This document shows positions 51,123-61,881 of a stretch of DNA of 64,000 nt, piece by piece. The notes beneath the pieces were generated by a model, which saw nothing but the letters and a program-made list of their open reading frames with translations, was not told the DNA's origin and did not search any database. Position numbers and translations under genes: made by a program. Origin of the DNA: Bacteroidota bacterium (GTDB lineage: Bacteria > Bacteroidota > Bacteroidia > Chitinophagales > Chitinophagaceae); NCBI GenBank assembly GCA_016868585.1, contig VGGR01000003.1, forward strand, positions 167,128-231,127. Reading direction: 5' to 3'. Each line of letters opens with the position of its first letter. Position 1 is the stretch's first letter.

Positions 51123-53810
51123 TTATTCCAACACAGGACGTAACCATTTCTCTGCCTCTTCTAACGTTATCTGCTTACGTTGTGCATAATCCTTGAGCTG
51201 GTCGATATCGATCTTTCCTAATCCAAAGTAGTGGCTTTGTGGATGCGCAAAATACCAACCGCAGACAGAAGCAGGCGGGTTCATCGCTAGATTTTCCGTA
51301 AGCGTAATACCTATTTCTTCCGTTGCATTTAATAAAGAAAACAGTTTTAGTTTTTCGGTGTGATCCGGACAGGCGGGATAACCCGGCGCAGGACGAATAC
51401 CTTCATACTCCTCCCGGATCAGTTGTTTATTGGTAAGGGATTCACTTTTTGTGTAGCCCCAATACTCTTTACGCACTTGTTCGTGCATATACTCGGCAAA
51501 AGCTTCCACCATACGGTCAGCCAAGATCTGCACATTGATCTTATTGTACTCATGCTGCTCAGCTGCAAAGCGATCTATGTGTTTTTTAGCTCCATGGATG
51601 GTAACGGCAAAGGAACCCATAAAGTCTGTCCCCAATTCGGCCGGGCAAACAAAATCCGCTAAGGAAAAACTGGGTTGGCCAATTGCTTTTTTAAGTTGCT
51701 GACGCAAGAATTCTAATCGCACAGGACCATGTGCTGTTTGTAAGGTAACGGTGTCTGCATTATTGCTTACCGCTGGCCAAAATCCTATCACCCCATCTGC
51801 CTGAAACCAATTTTCAGCAATGATTTGTTCTAATAATTCTTGGGCATCATTGAAAAGTTGTTGGGCCTCTTTCCCCAATACAGCATCACTGAGTACTTCC
51901 GGATAACGACCAGGCATTTCCCAAGCTATAAAAAAAGGACCCCAGTCAATATAGCGTGCAAGAGTAGCCAGATCAACTTGTTTGAATACTTTTTTCCCCA
52001 AAAATGTTGGAGTGGTCGGTTGATATTTTTTCCAATCAACATACTCCTTGCATACTATCGCCTCTGAATAGGGGATCAGTGTTTTTTTATTCTTGTTGCT
52101 AAACTGGTATTGTAAATGTTGATAAGCTAGTTCGGTTTGGGTCAACAATTCTTTTTTCTGTTCTTTATTTAGTAAGGAGCTGGCCATGGTTACACTACGT
52201 GAGGCATCCAATACATGGAATACGCCATGTTGGTACTGTGGTGCAATTTTCACTGCAGTGTGCATTCTGGAAGTAGTAGCCCCTCCAATCAATAAGGGTT
52301 GTTGCAAACCACAACGCTTCATCTCATGGGCCACATGCACCATTTCATCCAAGGAGGGAGTGATCAATCCACTTAAACCGACAATGTCTACATTTTCTTT
52401 TTGGGCCGTTTCTATTATTTTATCGGCGGGTACCATTACGCCCATGTCTATGATATCGTAACCATTACAACCCAGTACTACTCCCACGATATTTTTTCCA
52501 ATATCATGCACGTCTCCTTTTACCGTCGCGAGTAATACTTTGGGCACTTTGCCCACGGTTGCACTTGGATTATTTTTTTTCTCTTCTTCAATAAAAGGGG
52601 TAAGCCAGGCCACACTTTTTTTCATTACCCTTGCGCTTTTTACTACCTGTGGCAAGAACATTTTCCCTGCGCCAAACAGATCACCGACAACATTCATTCC
52701 GGCCATTAGGGGTCCTTCAATCACATCCAATGGTCTTGCATATTTCAATCTGGCTTCTTCTGTGTCTGTATCGATATATTCGGTAATACCATTGATTAAG
52801 GCATGTTTCAGTCTTTCCTCTATCGCATTATTACGCCATGTCTCATCTTTAACCTCTGTTTTTTCTTTGGCTTTAACCGTTGCGGCAAAGGCAATTAATT
52901 TTTCGGTGGCCTCGCTGTTGTGGTTATTACAATTTAAGATCACCTCTTCGCATAAATTGCGCAGGGTGGGTTCAATTTGATCGTATACCACCAATTGACC
53001 TGCATTTACAATTCCCATATCCATACCTGCTTTGATGGCATGGTATAGAAATACGGCATGCATGGCTTCCCGTACGTGATCGTTTCCGCGAAATGAAAAA
53101 GAAAGGTTACTTACTCCGCCACTCACTTTAGTGAGTGGCATTTTTTCTTTGATCAGGCGGATAGCTTCTATAAAATCTACCCCGTAATTATTATGTTCTT
53201 CGAGTCCGGTGGCAACCGCAAAAATGTTAGGGTCAAAAATAATATCCTGAGGGGGGAAGGAAAGCTTTGTAAGCAGTAATCGATAGGCACGCTCAGCAAT
53301 TTCCACTTTCCGCAGCATAGTATCGGCTTGTCCTTTTTCATCAAAGGCCATAACAATCACGGCTGCTCCAAAACGTTGACAAATGCGTGCTTGTTGCAGA
53401 AATTTTTCTTCTCCTTCTTTTAGCGAAATTGAGTTTACAATACATTTTCCTTGTACGCATTTGAGGCCCGCTTCAATGACCTCAAACTTTGAACTGTCAA
53501 TCATAATGGGGATCCGTGCAATATCAGGTTCACTTTGCAACAGATTCAAATAGGTGGTCATAGCCTCCACTCCATCTAAAAGCGCATCGTCCATGTTGAT
53601 GTCCAATACCTGTGCGCCATTTTCTACTTGTTGACGTGCTACACTTAATGCCTCCTCAAATCTCTTTTCTCGAATCAAACGCGCAAACTTTTTTGAACCG
53701 GTCAAATTGGTTCGTTCGCCCACATTTACAAAATTAGTTTCAGGTCTTACCACTAAGGGCTCCAATCCGGCTAATCGTAAAAAAGGTTTAATCGATATCT
53801 TTTCTTTCAT
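51123..53810 (-). CDS. metH: B12-dependent methionine synthase, folate-binding/cobalamin-binding/activation domains
   Basis: [33 protein letters not shown] (DxHxxG), [14 protein letters not shown]. Confidence 0.97.
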   Translation of the reverse strand: MKEKISIKPFLRLAGLEPLVVRPETNFVNVGERTNLTGSKKFARLIREKRFEEALSVARQQVENGAQVLDINMDDALLDGVEAMTTYLNLLQSEPDIARIPIMIDSSKFEVIEAGLKCVQGKCIVNSISLKEGEEKFLQQARICQRFGAAVIVMAFDEKGQADTMLRKVEIAERAYRLLLTKLSFPPQDIIFDPNIFAVATGLEEHNNYGVDFIEAIRLIKEKMPLTKVSGGVSNLSFSFRGNDHVREAMHAVFLYHAIKAGMDMGIVNAGQLVVYDQIEPTLRNLCEEVILNCNNHNSEATEKLIAFAATVKAKEKTEVKDETWRNNAIEERLKHALINGITEYIDTDTEEARLKYARPLDVIEGPLMAGMNVVGDLFGAGKMFLPQVVKSARVMKKSVAWLTPFIEEEKKNNPSATVGKVPKVLLATVKGDVHDIGKNIVGVVLGCNGYDIIDMGVMVPADKIIETAQKENVDIVGLSGLITPSLDEMVHVAHEMKRCGLQQPLLIGGATTSRMHTAVKIAPQYQHGVFHVLDASRSVTMASSLLNKEQKKELLTQTELAYQHLQYQFSNKNKKTLIPYSEAIVCKEYVDWKKYQPTTPTFLGKKVFKQVDLATLARYIDWGPFFIAWEMPGRYPEVLSDAVLGKEAQQLFNDAQELLEQIIAENWFQADGVIGFWPAVSNNADTVTLQTAHGPVRLEFLRQQLKKAIGQPSFSLADFVCPAELGTDFMGSFAVTIHGAKKHIDRFAAEQHEYNKINVQILADRMVEAFAEYMHEQVRKEYWGYTKSESLTNKQLIREEYEGIRPAPGYPACPDHTEKLKLFSLLNATEEIGITLTENLAMNPPASVCGWYFAHPQSHYFGLGKIDIDQLKDYAQRKQITLEEAEKWLRPVLE

Positions 53811-53825
53811 ACAGAAAATACTGGT

Positions 53826-54827
53826 TTAGGATAAACATGCTTCAACAGTGGGTAAAACCCGTGGGGTTAATCCTTTTACCTGTTCGGCAATATGTTGGAT
53901 ATGATCCGGGGTGGTACCACAACAGCCTCCTACAATATTGACAAATCCTTCACGGGCCCATTCTTCCAAATAATGTCCTGTAACATCGGGGGTTTCGTCA
54001 TATTCGCCCATGGCATTGGGTAGTCCTGCGTTGGGATAAGCGGACACATAACAGCTGGCTAAGGTGGACAGTTCTTCAATATGAGGCCGCATTTCTTTTG
54101 CACCCAGTGCACAATTTAATCCCACACTTAGCGGATTAGCATGCATCACAGATATATAGAAGGCTTCTAAAGTTTGTCCGCTCAACGTCCTGCCTGAGGC
54201 ATCCGTAATGGTGCCACTAATCATGATTGGCAGCGGTGCTTGTTTTTTGTCATCAAAATATTGCTTGATCGCGTAGATAGCCCCTTTGGCGTTCAGCGTA
54301 TCAAAAATGGTTTCAACCAATAATACATCCACTCCGCCTTCCACTAATCCGCTGACTTGCTCGTAATAAGCCGCAACCACTTCATCAAAAGTAATAGCGC
54401 GAAACCCCGGTTGATTTACATCCGGCGAAAGGGATAATGTTTTGTTGAGCGGACCAATGGCACCAGCTACCCAGGCTACTTTACCGGATTGTCTGACCGC
54501 TTCTTTGGCACAGGTTGCTGCCGCTACATTTAACTCCTTTACCAGCGCTTGCATTCCATAATCCGCCATTGCAATGGAGGTGCTGCTAAAGGTGTTGGTT
54601 TCTATGATATCTGCTCCTGCATCCAGGTATTGTTTGTGTATGCTTACAATAATGTCTCGCTTGGTAATACTCAACAGATCATTATTCCCTTTGAGGTCAC
54701 TGGGCCAATCTTTAAATCGTTCGCCCCTAAAATCGGCTTCGGTTAGTTTGTGGCGCTGTATCATGGTGCCCATAGCACCATCAATGACCAAAATGCGCTC
54801 TCGCAGAGTTGCTTGAATACTTTTCAT
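53826..54827 (-). CDS. metH: Methionine synthase, stand-alone homocysteine S-methyltransferase domain (split MetH)
   Basis: [47 protein letters not shown]. Confidence 0.96.
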   Translation of the reverse strand: MKSIQATLRERILVIDGAMGTMIQRHKLTEADFRGERFKDWPSDLKGNNDLLSITKRDIIVSIHKQYLDAGADIIETNTFSSTSIAMADYGMQALVKELNVAAATCAKEAVRQSGKVAWVAGAIGPLNKTLSLSPDVNQPGFRAITFDEVVAAYYEQVSGLVEGGVDVLLVETIFDTLNAKGAIYAIKQYFDDKKQAPLPIMISGTITDASGRTLSGQTLEAFYISVMHANPLSVGLNCALGAKEMRPHIEELSTLASCYVSAYPNAGLPNAMGEYDETPDVTGHYLEEWAREGFVNIVGGCCGTTPDHIQHIAEQVKGLTPRVLPTVEACLS

Positions 54828-54983
54828 AATGGATCTGTTGAACCGCGTACACTTTTGGTGGAGCTTGCTCAGGGGACCTTTGAACTACTAAAACGAGGGT
54901 TAATGAAGAGAGTATCCTGCGTTTATTAGTTCCGTTGGGTGGCCGAACAATAAACAAATCCGCCGTAAGTGACTGCAAAGGTA
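54828..54983 (-). promoter_or_regulatory. Promoter (-7 TACCTTTG) and about 140-nt structured 5' leader of the metH operon; unclassified
   Basis: -7 element at 54976-54983; several complementary segments, including a 9-bp pairing between 54953-54961 and 54831-54839. Confidence 0.5.
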
Positions 54984-55016
54984 AAAAAAAGGCTTTAATC
55001 CCCCAAAAAATAAGGG

Positions 55017-55637
55017 TTAGCGACTATTGACATATCGATCTATCGGAAGGCGGTTTTGCAGACTTCTTGCCAAGGTCATTTCATCTGCATATTCCAATTC
55101 GCCACCAAAAGCAACACCTCTGGCAATGGTAGTAACACGTATGGGGTGTTCCTGTAGTTTTTTCTGTATGTAATAAATAGTAGTATCTCCTTGGATAGTG
55201 GGATTCAACGCAAAAATGAGTTCTTCCGTCTTTTCAGTGCTAATACGCGCTAATAAAGCATCAATAGTTAATTGATCCGGTCCGATTCCGTCTAAAGGCG
55301 AAATTATTCCACCAAGAATATGATATACCCCATTGTATTGATGTGTGCTCTCAATAGCAATAACATCCCGGATACTTTCTACAACACAAATTAGTTGCTG
55401 CTTTCTTCCTGTGTTCAAACAAATGGAACATTGTGGACCATCTGCAATGTTGCCACAACGCGTGCAAAATTGAATTTCGCTTCGAAGTCGGGTAATCGCC
55501 TCACTCAATTGGGCTACCTCCCCGGGTTCTTGTTTTAAAAGATGTAAAACCAGCCGCAGCGCAGTTTTCTTTCCGATCCCGGGTAGTTTAGCAAAGGCAC
55601 TGACCGCTTTTTCCAGTAATTGAGAAGAAAGTTGCAT
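55017..55637 (-). CDS. recR: Recombination mediator RecR
   Basis: LPGIGKKTALRL, CTRCGN...CSIC, ICVVE, YHILGG, TOPRIM; -7 element TATCTTTG at 55642-55649. Confidence 0.98.
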   Translation of the reverse strand: MQLSSQLLEKAVSAFAKLPGIGKKTALRLVLHLLKQEPGEVAQLSEAITRLRSEIQFCTRCGNIADGPQCSICLNTGRKQQLICVVESIRDVIAIESTHQYNGVYHILGGIISPLDGIGPDQLTIDALLARISTEKTEELIFALNPTIQGDTTIYYIQKKLQEHPIRVTTIARGVAFGGELEYADEMTLARSLQNRLPIDRYVNSR

Positions 55638-55658
55638 AGTACAAAGATAAGTGCTGGA

Positions 55659-57083
55659 CTAACGGCTACCCGTTTCCAGTTCGTATTCGTTCAACCAGTT
55701 TGCTTTGATGGAAATTCGTTTTTCAAGAGGAATCACCTGTTCGGGTTGTTTTCGATCACCATAAAAAGATCCCGTATCCCAACTGCCATTCTCATTTTTG
55801 TCTAATAAGATTCTAAGTTGGTATTCGCCGGGATAGAACAGCCCTTCCTCATAGAGCGGACCTGTTAACCGAACAGCTTTCACCACACGTTCGCCTTGCA
55901 CAAATTGTAAAACGGGTTGTTGACTCATATCCAGATTTCGAAGCCTGATTTTTATTTTTCCATAATCAGTGCTTCGCTTAGTAGTGAATGAAATGGTATC
56001 CGTTTTGATCCATTGTTTCCCTAAGGTATCTGCTGCCGCACCCTTGGTGAGCACCAAATGGTAAGATTGCCCTTTTTCCCAATTTGTGGTCAAGGTTAAT
56101 TGACGTCCTGTTGTATCCAGCTTTAATTGAAAACTATCAACAGGCGTATAGGTAGAATCGCGGTATAAGCGTATGCCGGAACTATTTAGTTGCTGGATCC
56201 TATTTTCAAATTGAAATTGAAATGGCAATAATATATCTTGTTGATTATTTTGAATACTGGTCTGATATTTCAATCTTTTATCCGTGTCAGTTGTTTTGGT
56301 AGCGCTTTCAGGAGTAGCCAGAGATAATGTATTATCCGCAGTTTGATCTGCTACAAAAGCATAGAGGGTAATACTGTCTTTTTGCCGGATAGTGTTAACA
56401 GACGCTTGTGCAAAAGCAAACAATTGTTTTTTATCGTTATACCGAGGCATCCCTGATTGGTCCTTCAACGCATAGAGATAAAAAGTTTGGGCAGGCAAAT
56501 GCTGAAAACCAAATCGGCCTTCTTTATCCAGTCGTGCAATGTAGACGGGCTTTTTTTTGTATACGGCAGAATCCTCCGGATCAGTATGAAGCATCACAAT
56601 CAATGTGCTATCGGTCTTGCCTGTTTGAGCTAAAATAACTTGTCCCTTGATCTCAAGTGAGTCGAAGTAGTTGCCTGTAGAAAAAATATAACGAATACCC
56701 TTGGCTATATTGCCCTCTGTAAAATCCCTAATGGAGTTGCCAAAATCAATGGTGTAAGTAGTGTTAGGCAATAATGAATCTTTGAGACGAACACTTAAAT
56801 CGCGTAAGCGGGCATCCACAATAGGGCTAACGGTGGGATACGGTGATACCAGTAATTGTGCTTGCGGATCCTGTACATCAATATATTCGTCAAAGTAGAA
56901 ATCGATCTTTTTACTGGTAAATCTGGTGCTGGAGTCTCCTGGAGTTACATGGAGCAACACGGGAGGAAGAGTATCAAGAGGACCCCCTTGTGGCGGAACA
57001 ATGTTGGCACAACCCGGGCTCATGAGCAATGATAAACCAGAAGCAAAACACAGCAGTCCAGCTATAAACCAATGTTGTTTCAT
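55659..57083 (-). CDS. Ig-like (Big_5-type) domain lipoprotein, conserved in Bacteroidota
   Basis: SPGCANIVPPQGGPLDTLPP lipobox and motif, FYFDEYI, NTTYTIDFG, YQLRILLDKNENGSWDTG. ATG 57083 preferred. Confidence 0.8.
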   Translation of the reverse strand: MKQHWFIAGLLCFASGLSLLMSPGCANIVPPQGGPLDTLPPVLLHVTPGDSSTRFTSKKIDFYFDEYIDVQDPQAQLLVSPYPTVSPIVDARLRDLSVRLKDSLLPNTTYTIDFGNSIRDFTEGNIAKGIRYIFSTGNYFDSLEIKGQVILAQTGKTDSTLIVMLHTDPEDSAVYKKKPVYIARLDKEGRFGFQHLPAQTFYLYALKDQSGMPRYNDKKQLFAFAQASVNTIRQKDSITLYAFVADQTADNTLSLATPESATKTTDTDKRLKYQTSIQNNQQDILLPFQFQFENRIQQLNSSGIRLYRDSTYTPVDSFQLKLDTTGRQLTLTTNWEKGQSYHLVLTKGAAADTLGKQWIKTDTISFTTKRSTDYGKIKIRLRNLDMSQQPVLQFVQGERVVKAVRLTGPLYEEGLFYPGEYQLRILLDKNENGSWDTGSFYGDRKQPEQVIPLEKRISIKANWLNEYELETGSR

Positions 57084-57120
57084 GGATTGCAAACTTACAG
57101 GGTTTAGCGTGAAAGCTCCG

Positions 57121-60100
57121 TTAATCCTGGGAATCATTTCCCTCCTCCAATTCGTGTAATTCCACTGCCAGTTGGTGCGATTTAACAAAATTGCACCAGT
57201 GACAGTCTGCTTTTCCGCAGCCAGTATAGAAGTCCTTGGCCTGAATTTTATCCCAAACCATTTTGATCTGTCCCTTTACTATTTCTACATCCGCCGGGGT
57301 AATAATAATTTTCTTGCGTTGGTATTCCTTTTGTTTATCTGGTTCAATAAAATCAAACTCTGTGCTAATAGCCTGCCATCCCCTTTGTTCGTAATGACCC
57401 ACCAGTATTTTGTAAAAAACAGCTTGTCTCCAATAGTCGCCGCCCAATGGATTTTTTGCATTAGGGCCGCTTAGCTTTTCCATCGCTCTGTCGGGATCGC
57501 CTGTTTTATAGTCTACTACATTCACCATTTTCCCATCAAATTCCAGTTTATCCAACTTTCCTTTAAGAGGGATGCCATCGACAACTACATTACGAATATT
57601 ACGCTCAATGACTACAATTTTATTGAAACCCTCCAAGGAATGGTTGTAATAGTCGGTGAGAATTAATTGGCCATATTCCATGCGACGTTTGAACTGCTCC
57701 TTGGTAAAACTTTCGCGAAAACGACGCATGTGATGTTCAAAGTCCTGAATAAATATTGATTTGTCCGGGAAAGTTGCTGTGCCACTATCTAACATACGTC
57801 TGAATAATTTTTCAAGGGCAGTATGCACGGCAGATCCAAATTCAGTGGCTTCATTTTTGGGTGACGGAATACGAATCAAGGTCCGGTAGTAAAATTCAAG
57901 CGGGCAGTGTAAATAATTATTCAGTGCAGTAACATTCATGGTAAACCGTGAAAGTAAGGGAGCCAGCGCATCTTCCTCTATTTGGGCAATCTCAGGTCTG
58001 GTTGGCGGGGCCCATGCCAAACTGTAGAACATACTGATAACCTCCTGATCAAGTAATATCTTTTCAACAGGTATGTCAAAACCGTCTGCCAATTCCGTTA
58101 CAAAACGAGAGGGCTCCAACTCTTTGCCACTATTATTATACTTACTATACGAAACAATTAAATGCTCCTCTGCACGTGTTACGGCTACATAAAATAATCG
58201 ACGAAGCTCTTCTTCATTGGAGCCTGCGGTGCTTAATCCAAATAGATTATCCGGGTAACTGTACCCATCGGGAGGTTTTCTTTTTTTCTCCCATTTGTCT
58301 GCTAACGCACCTGCAATAAATACGTATTGAAACTCCAGCCCCTTAGAACCATGTGCCGTTAGTAAATTAACTCCTTTCTCATGCCCGCTAACTTGCACAT
58401 AGGGGAGGGTAATTTCTTCCTTCTGCATTAAGTCTATCAAATTCATCAGCCCCTCTACGGTTAAATCCGGTTTGCGATGCGTCTCTTCTTTTATATAATC
58501 AAAAAAGGTGGTTAGGATACGAAGCATTTCATGCTTTTCGGCATGCTGCATCACCTGTGCCAGTAATCCTGTTTGTTGAATTATTTTTTCCAGTAATTGT
58601 TGCAAGGTAGAGTTGGGAACCGCTGCGATCAAATCCTCTAGCAAGCTGAATGCTTTGGCAAGTGGCTGGGTATTGGTAAATAAGTCGGCTCCCGCACCAG
58701 TTGTTTTTTCGTGCAAGAGAGCCCGTATAGAACCGTTTAGATCGTACTGTTTTTTTCCGGCTGCTTCCAGTGAAAGTTTTGCAATTTCCAGGGGGGCTAT
58801 TCCAAAAAGATCCAGGTGCAGCAATTCAAACAATAATTCATCACCGCTAAAAGGCACATCCTGTTCTGCTTGCAAAAATCGGAGTAGCAATACTATTTTT
58901 TTGATCAGGGGTAATTGTAAAAGGTCTGCACTTCGTTTGATGTAATAAGGTATTTGTAATTGTTGCAAATAGCCTGTAATCTCTTCCCCGTATTTGTGTT
59001 CTTTATAAATAATGCCGATTCGTCCGGGTTCTATTCCTTGTTGAATCAAATCCTGAACTTGTTTAGCGATCCCAATAATTTCCAATCGTTGGGTGTCAAA
59101 CTCCCAGATACGTGGCTGGTGTTTGATTGTTTTTTTATGTTCATGCGCGGCTACCAACTCTTTAGTTAAATCAGGGATAGTATTAATTAATCTTTCCTGG
59201 TTGCGCTGGATTAAAGCGGTAGAAACATCCAGTATGGGCTGTGAGGATCGATAATTTTCGGCCAGCACAATTCGCAGCAGTTCATTGGAGTACCGCTTAG
59301 CAAGCCCTGTCATATTGGCTACGTTAGCACCTTGAAACCTGAAAATGCTTTGGTCGTCGTCTCCCACAACAAAAATGTTGGGCAGTTCCCAATAACTGAT
59401 CAGCAGCTCCACTAATTTGTTCTGCGATCCACTGGTATCTTGGTATTCGTCGACCAAAATATATTGATAACGTTCCTGATAATCGGAGAGCAGTGATGGA
59501 TGTTGCTCAAAAGCTTGAATTACCCAATTGATCATATCCTCAAAGTCATATCGATTTCGTTTTTTCATTAGCCGTTGAACCGGCTCAAATTCTAACACTG
59601 CAGCGCGCAGTCGGTTCATTTTCTCTTTTTCATTCTCGATACGATCTGTTCGTAATTCTCCTTTTTTAAATTCTTTGGTAGCCCGCTTGGCAATATATTG
59701 GTCTCGTTCAGGAAGTGAAGCCAGGTATTGATCAATCTTTTCCAAGATATAGGAGGGGGTCCATCCTTCCCGTTTCATAGTGCTGAACAGGTGCATCATA
59801 TTCTTGGCCTCGTGGTAAACGTCGCCTCGATATTTTTTAAAAGGGTGGCTTTTTGAAAAAGAATCTATATGTTCTTTAAAAAGTTGAATTCTTTCAAGCT
59901 CAGAGATGGGGTCCAGCGAATGTTTTTCGAAGTAGGGTAGGTTGTCTTGAATTATTTCATTGCAAAAAGAATGAAAGGTGCCCAATTGCACTTTATAGGC
60001 AGCAGGTCCAATAAAATGCTGTAAACGCTTGCGCATAGCTATCACCCCGGCTTCTGTATAGGTAAGGCAAAGGATATTTTCGGGCTTAACGTCGGTGTCT

Positions 60101-60270
60101 AATAATATTTTACCAATGCGGCAAGCTAATATTTGAGTTTTTCCGGTACCGGGCCCGGCAATAACCATTACAGGACCCTCAATGGCTTGTACCGCTTTTT
60201 GTTGTTGCTCATTTAAGCGCTGATACTCCTCTCGGAACTTCAATTCCAATTGCCCGCGACTGATCGACAT
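57121..60270 (-). CDS. UvrD/PcrA-family SF1A helicase fused to a C-terminal RecB-type PD-(D/E)xK nuclease
   Basis: AGPGTGKT, LVDEYQD, VGDDDQSIFRFQGA, NYRS, TAHGSKGLEF, RRLFYVAVTRA; nuclease GKLD...VVDYKTG with four Cys. Confidence 0.92.
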   Translation of the reverse strand: MSISRGQLELKFREEYQRLNEQQQKAVQAIEGPVMVIAGPGTGKTQILACRIGKILLDTDVKPENILCLTYTEAGVIAMRKRLQHFIGPAAYKVQLGTFHSFCNEIIQDNLPYFEKHSLDPISELERIQLFKEHIDSFSKSHPFKKYRGDVYHEAKNMMHLFSTMKREGWTPSYILEKIDQYLASLPERDQYIAKRATKEFKKGELRTDRIENEKEKMNRLRAAVLEFEPVQRLMKKRNRYDFEDMINWVIQAFEQHPSLLSDYQERYQYILVDEYQDTSGSQNKLVELLISYWELPNIFVVGDDDQSIFRFQGANVANMTGLAKRYSNELLRIVLAENYRSSQPILDVSTALIQRNQERLINTIPDLTKELVAAHEHKKTIKHQPRIWEFDTQRLEIIGIAKQVQDLIQQGIEPGRIGIIYKEHKYGEEITGYLQQLQIPYYIKRSADLLQLPLIKKIVLLLRFLQAEQDVPFSGDELLFELLHLDLFGIAPLEIAKLSLEAAGKKQYDLNGSIRALLHEKTTGAGADLFTNTQPLAKAFSLLEDLIAAVPNSTLQQLLEKIIQQTGLLAQVMQHAEKHEMLRILTTFFDYIKEETHRKPDLTVEGLMNLIDLMQKEEITLPYVQVSGHEKGVNLLTAHGSKGLEFQYVFIAGALADKWEKKRKPPDGYSYPDNLFGLSTAGSNEEELRRLFYVAVTRAEEHLIVSYSKYNNSGKELEPSRFVTELADGFDIPVEKILLDQEVISMFYSLAWAPPTRPEIAQIEEDALAPLLSRFTMNVTALNNYLHCPLEFYYRTLIRIPSPKNEATEFGSAVHTALEKLFRRMLDSGTATFPDKSIFIQDFEHHMRRFRESFTKEQFKRRMEYGQLILTDYYNHSLEGFNKIVVIERNIRNVVVDGIPLKGKLDKLEFDGKMVNVVDYKTGDPDRAMEKLSGPNAKNPLGGDYWRQAVFYKILVGHYEQRGWQAISTEFDFIEPDKQKEYQRKKIIITPADVEIVKGQIKMVWDKIQAKDFYTGCGKADCHWCNFVKSHQLAVELHELEEGNDSQD

Positions 60271-60290
60271 AGGGATTAACTTTTTCCTGA

Positions 60291-60932
60291 TTAAACAATT
60301 GACTTATTGAGTACGCTGATCAAAGAGATGATGTTATTTACTCCCAGCTTTCTAAAAATATTATAGCGATGCACTTCTACCGTTCGCTTGGAGAGTAACA
60401 ACTTATCACTGATCTCATTGGAAGAGTGTCCCTCCTTAATCAAATTCACGATTTCTAATTCCCTCCTTGTCAGCTGATTGATCCGATATACCGGATCTGT
60501 CTGTTGCTCGCTTATCACTTGATTGGTGATATAATCCTTACTGTCTCTACAGATATACCTATTACCCTCGTAGACGGCTATAATAGCTGTAATCATTTCA
60601 TCAAATGATGAGGTCATTGAAACATACCCGCTTGCACCACTAATCAATAACTGTTTGATCAAAATAATATGGGTGTGCATGGACACGCCCAATATTTTGA
60701 TGGCAGGGTGTTTTTCTTTTAGCTGCTTGGTTAATGCAATGCCGGAGGTACCGGGAAGTGAAATGTCCAGTAGCAGCACATCCGGAGGTTTGAGGCTTAT
60801 TTCATGTATTGCAGTTTCGGCATCCAGGGAGGTTCCCACCACCTCAAATCTTGGGTTAGCGGCTAATAGGGTTGCCCACATGTCTAGGATCATGCGGTGG
60901 TCATCAACTATATAGAGTTTGATTTTTTTCAT
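60291..60932 (-). CDS. NarL/LuxR-family response regulator (orphan in this window)
   Basis: VDDH, LLDISLP, SMH, C-terminal LTRRELEIV...TVEVHRYNIFRKLGV HTH. Confidence 0.93.
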   Translation of the reverse strand: MKKIKLYIVDDHRMILDMWATLLAANPRFEVVGTSLDAETAIHEISLKPPDVLLLDISLPGTSGIALTKQLKEKHPAIKILGVSMHTHIILIKQLLISGASGYVSMTSSFDEMITAIIAVYEGNRYICRDSKDYITNQVISEQQTDPVYRINQLTRRELEIVNLIKEGHSSNEISDKLLLSKRTVEVHRYNIFRKLGVNNIISLISVLNKSIV

Positions 60933-61053
60933 GGCATCTTGCTCTATCCAACAGGCAGACTTATCTAATACTGGAATGCTTGTGGCAAGATATTGATTTC
61001 GGCTATTGCTTAGTGAACTATTTAAGAATTAATACGTAAATATACGTAGATGA

Positions 61054-61710
61054 TTAACCGGGAATTCTGGAAATATATTTTTCGATCTGTTTGATTTGAT
61101 CAACCAGTTGCGGTGTGGTGGGCTTTAAGGCCTTGGCTTTGCGAAAAAAATCTTTAGCTGCCCGGAACTCTCTCTTGTTCATCATCAAACTGCACATTTG
61201 TAAATAAGCAGCGGCTTGATTTTCTTTATCCGGCAATCCCTTACGCAATGCCTGTCTGATATAACTTTCAGCCTGCTTTAGATCATTTTTTTGCATCGCT
61301 AACATTCCCATTTGTAACAAGCTGGCACCCTCCGCCTCTTTCATAGGCATACCCAGATCCAGTCCTTTTTTCATCAATTTCTCTGCACCATCAAAATCCT
61401 GTTTCATCATGGCTAAATTCCCTTTCAGTGTGAAATAAACAGAACGAATGGGTTTATACAGGAGGTTGGGATATTTGATAGACGCCAATACTTTTTCTGC
61501 ACCATCCATATCACCACCTTCCATGTATTCCTGAATCAGTCGCAGTGGCCCAAAAAAGAAATGCCCGGCTATTAGCAATACACCGATCAAATAAAGGGGA
61601 AAGGAAGGCCAGAAACTAAAGGCCAGGTTGGCACCAACACCTAAGAGTACACAAACAATGCCAATTACAAACCTGTATTTGATTAATGTGTTATAGAATT
61701 TCATGCCCAC
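61054..61710 (-). CDS. Membrane-anchored TPR-like hypothetical protein
   Basis: Two N-terminal TM helices followed by TPR-like helical repeats. Confidence 0.7.
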   Translation of the reverse strand: MGMKFYNTLIKYRFVIGIVCVLLGVGANLAFSFWPSFPLYLIGVLLIAGHFFFGPLRLIQEYMEGGDMDGAEKVLASIKYPNLLYKPIRSVYFTLKGNLAMMKQDFDGAEKLMKKGLDLGMPMKEAEGASLLQMGMLAMQKNDLKQAESYIRQALRKGLPDKENQAAAYLQMCSLMMNKREFRAAKDFFRKAKALKPTTPQLVDQIKQIEKYISRIPG

Positions 61711-61881
61711 TTAATTAAGGAGGTGCAAGATAATCTATCCTAAGAAATCCATTGGCACTGGTTTAAAGAAGTCCAGACCGTTCCTTTTTCTCAAGGATCA
61801 GCTACAAGGGTACACCCGGCTGTAAATAGTGAAGTAAAGGCCGAGGATTTTTCCTCGTACCTTGAAGCTAAATCACTGCAA

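Noticed and set aside
51123-54827. MetH split into two genes as a novelty
   Set aside because: Both parts are intact with clean ends; split MetH is known in Bacteroidota and other groups.
61744-61881. Stop-free frame extending upstream of the GDSL gene
   Set aside because: No start codon in the extension, and the annotated ATG already begins a good signal peptide.
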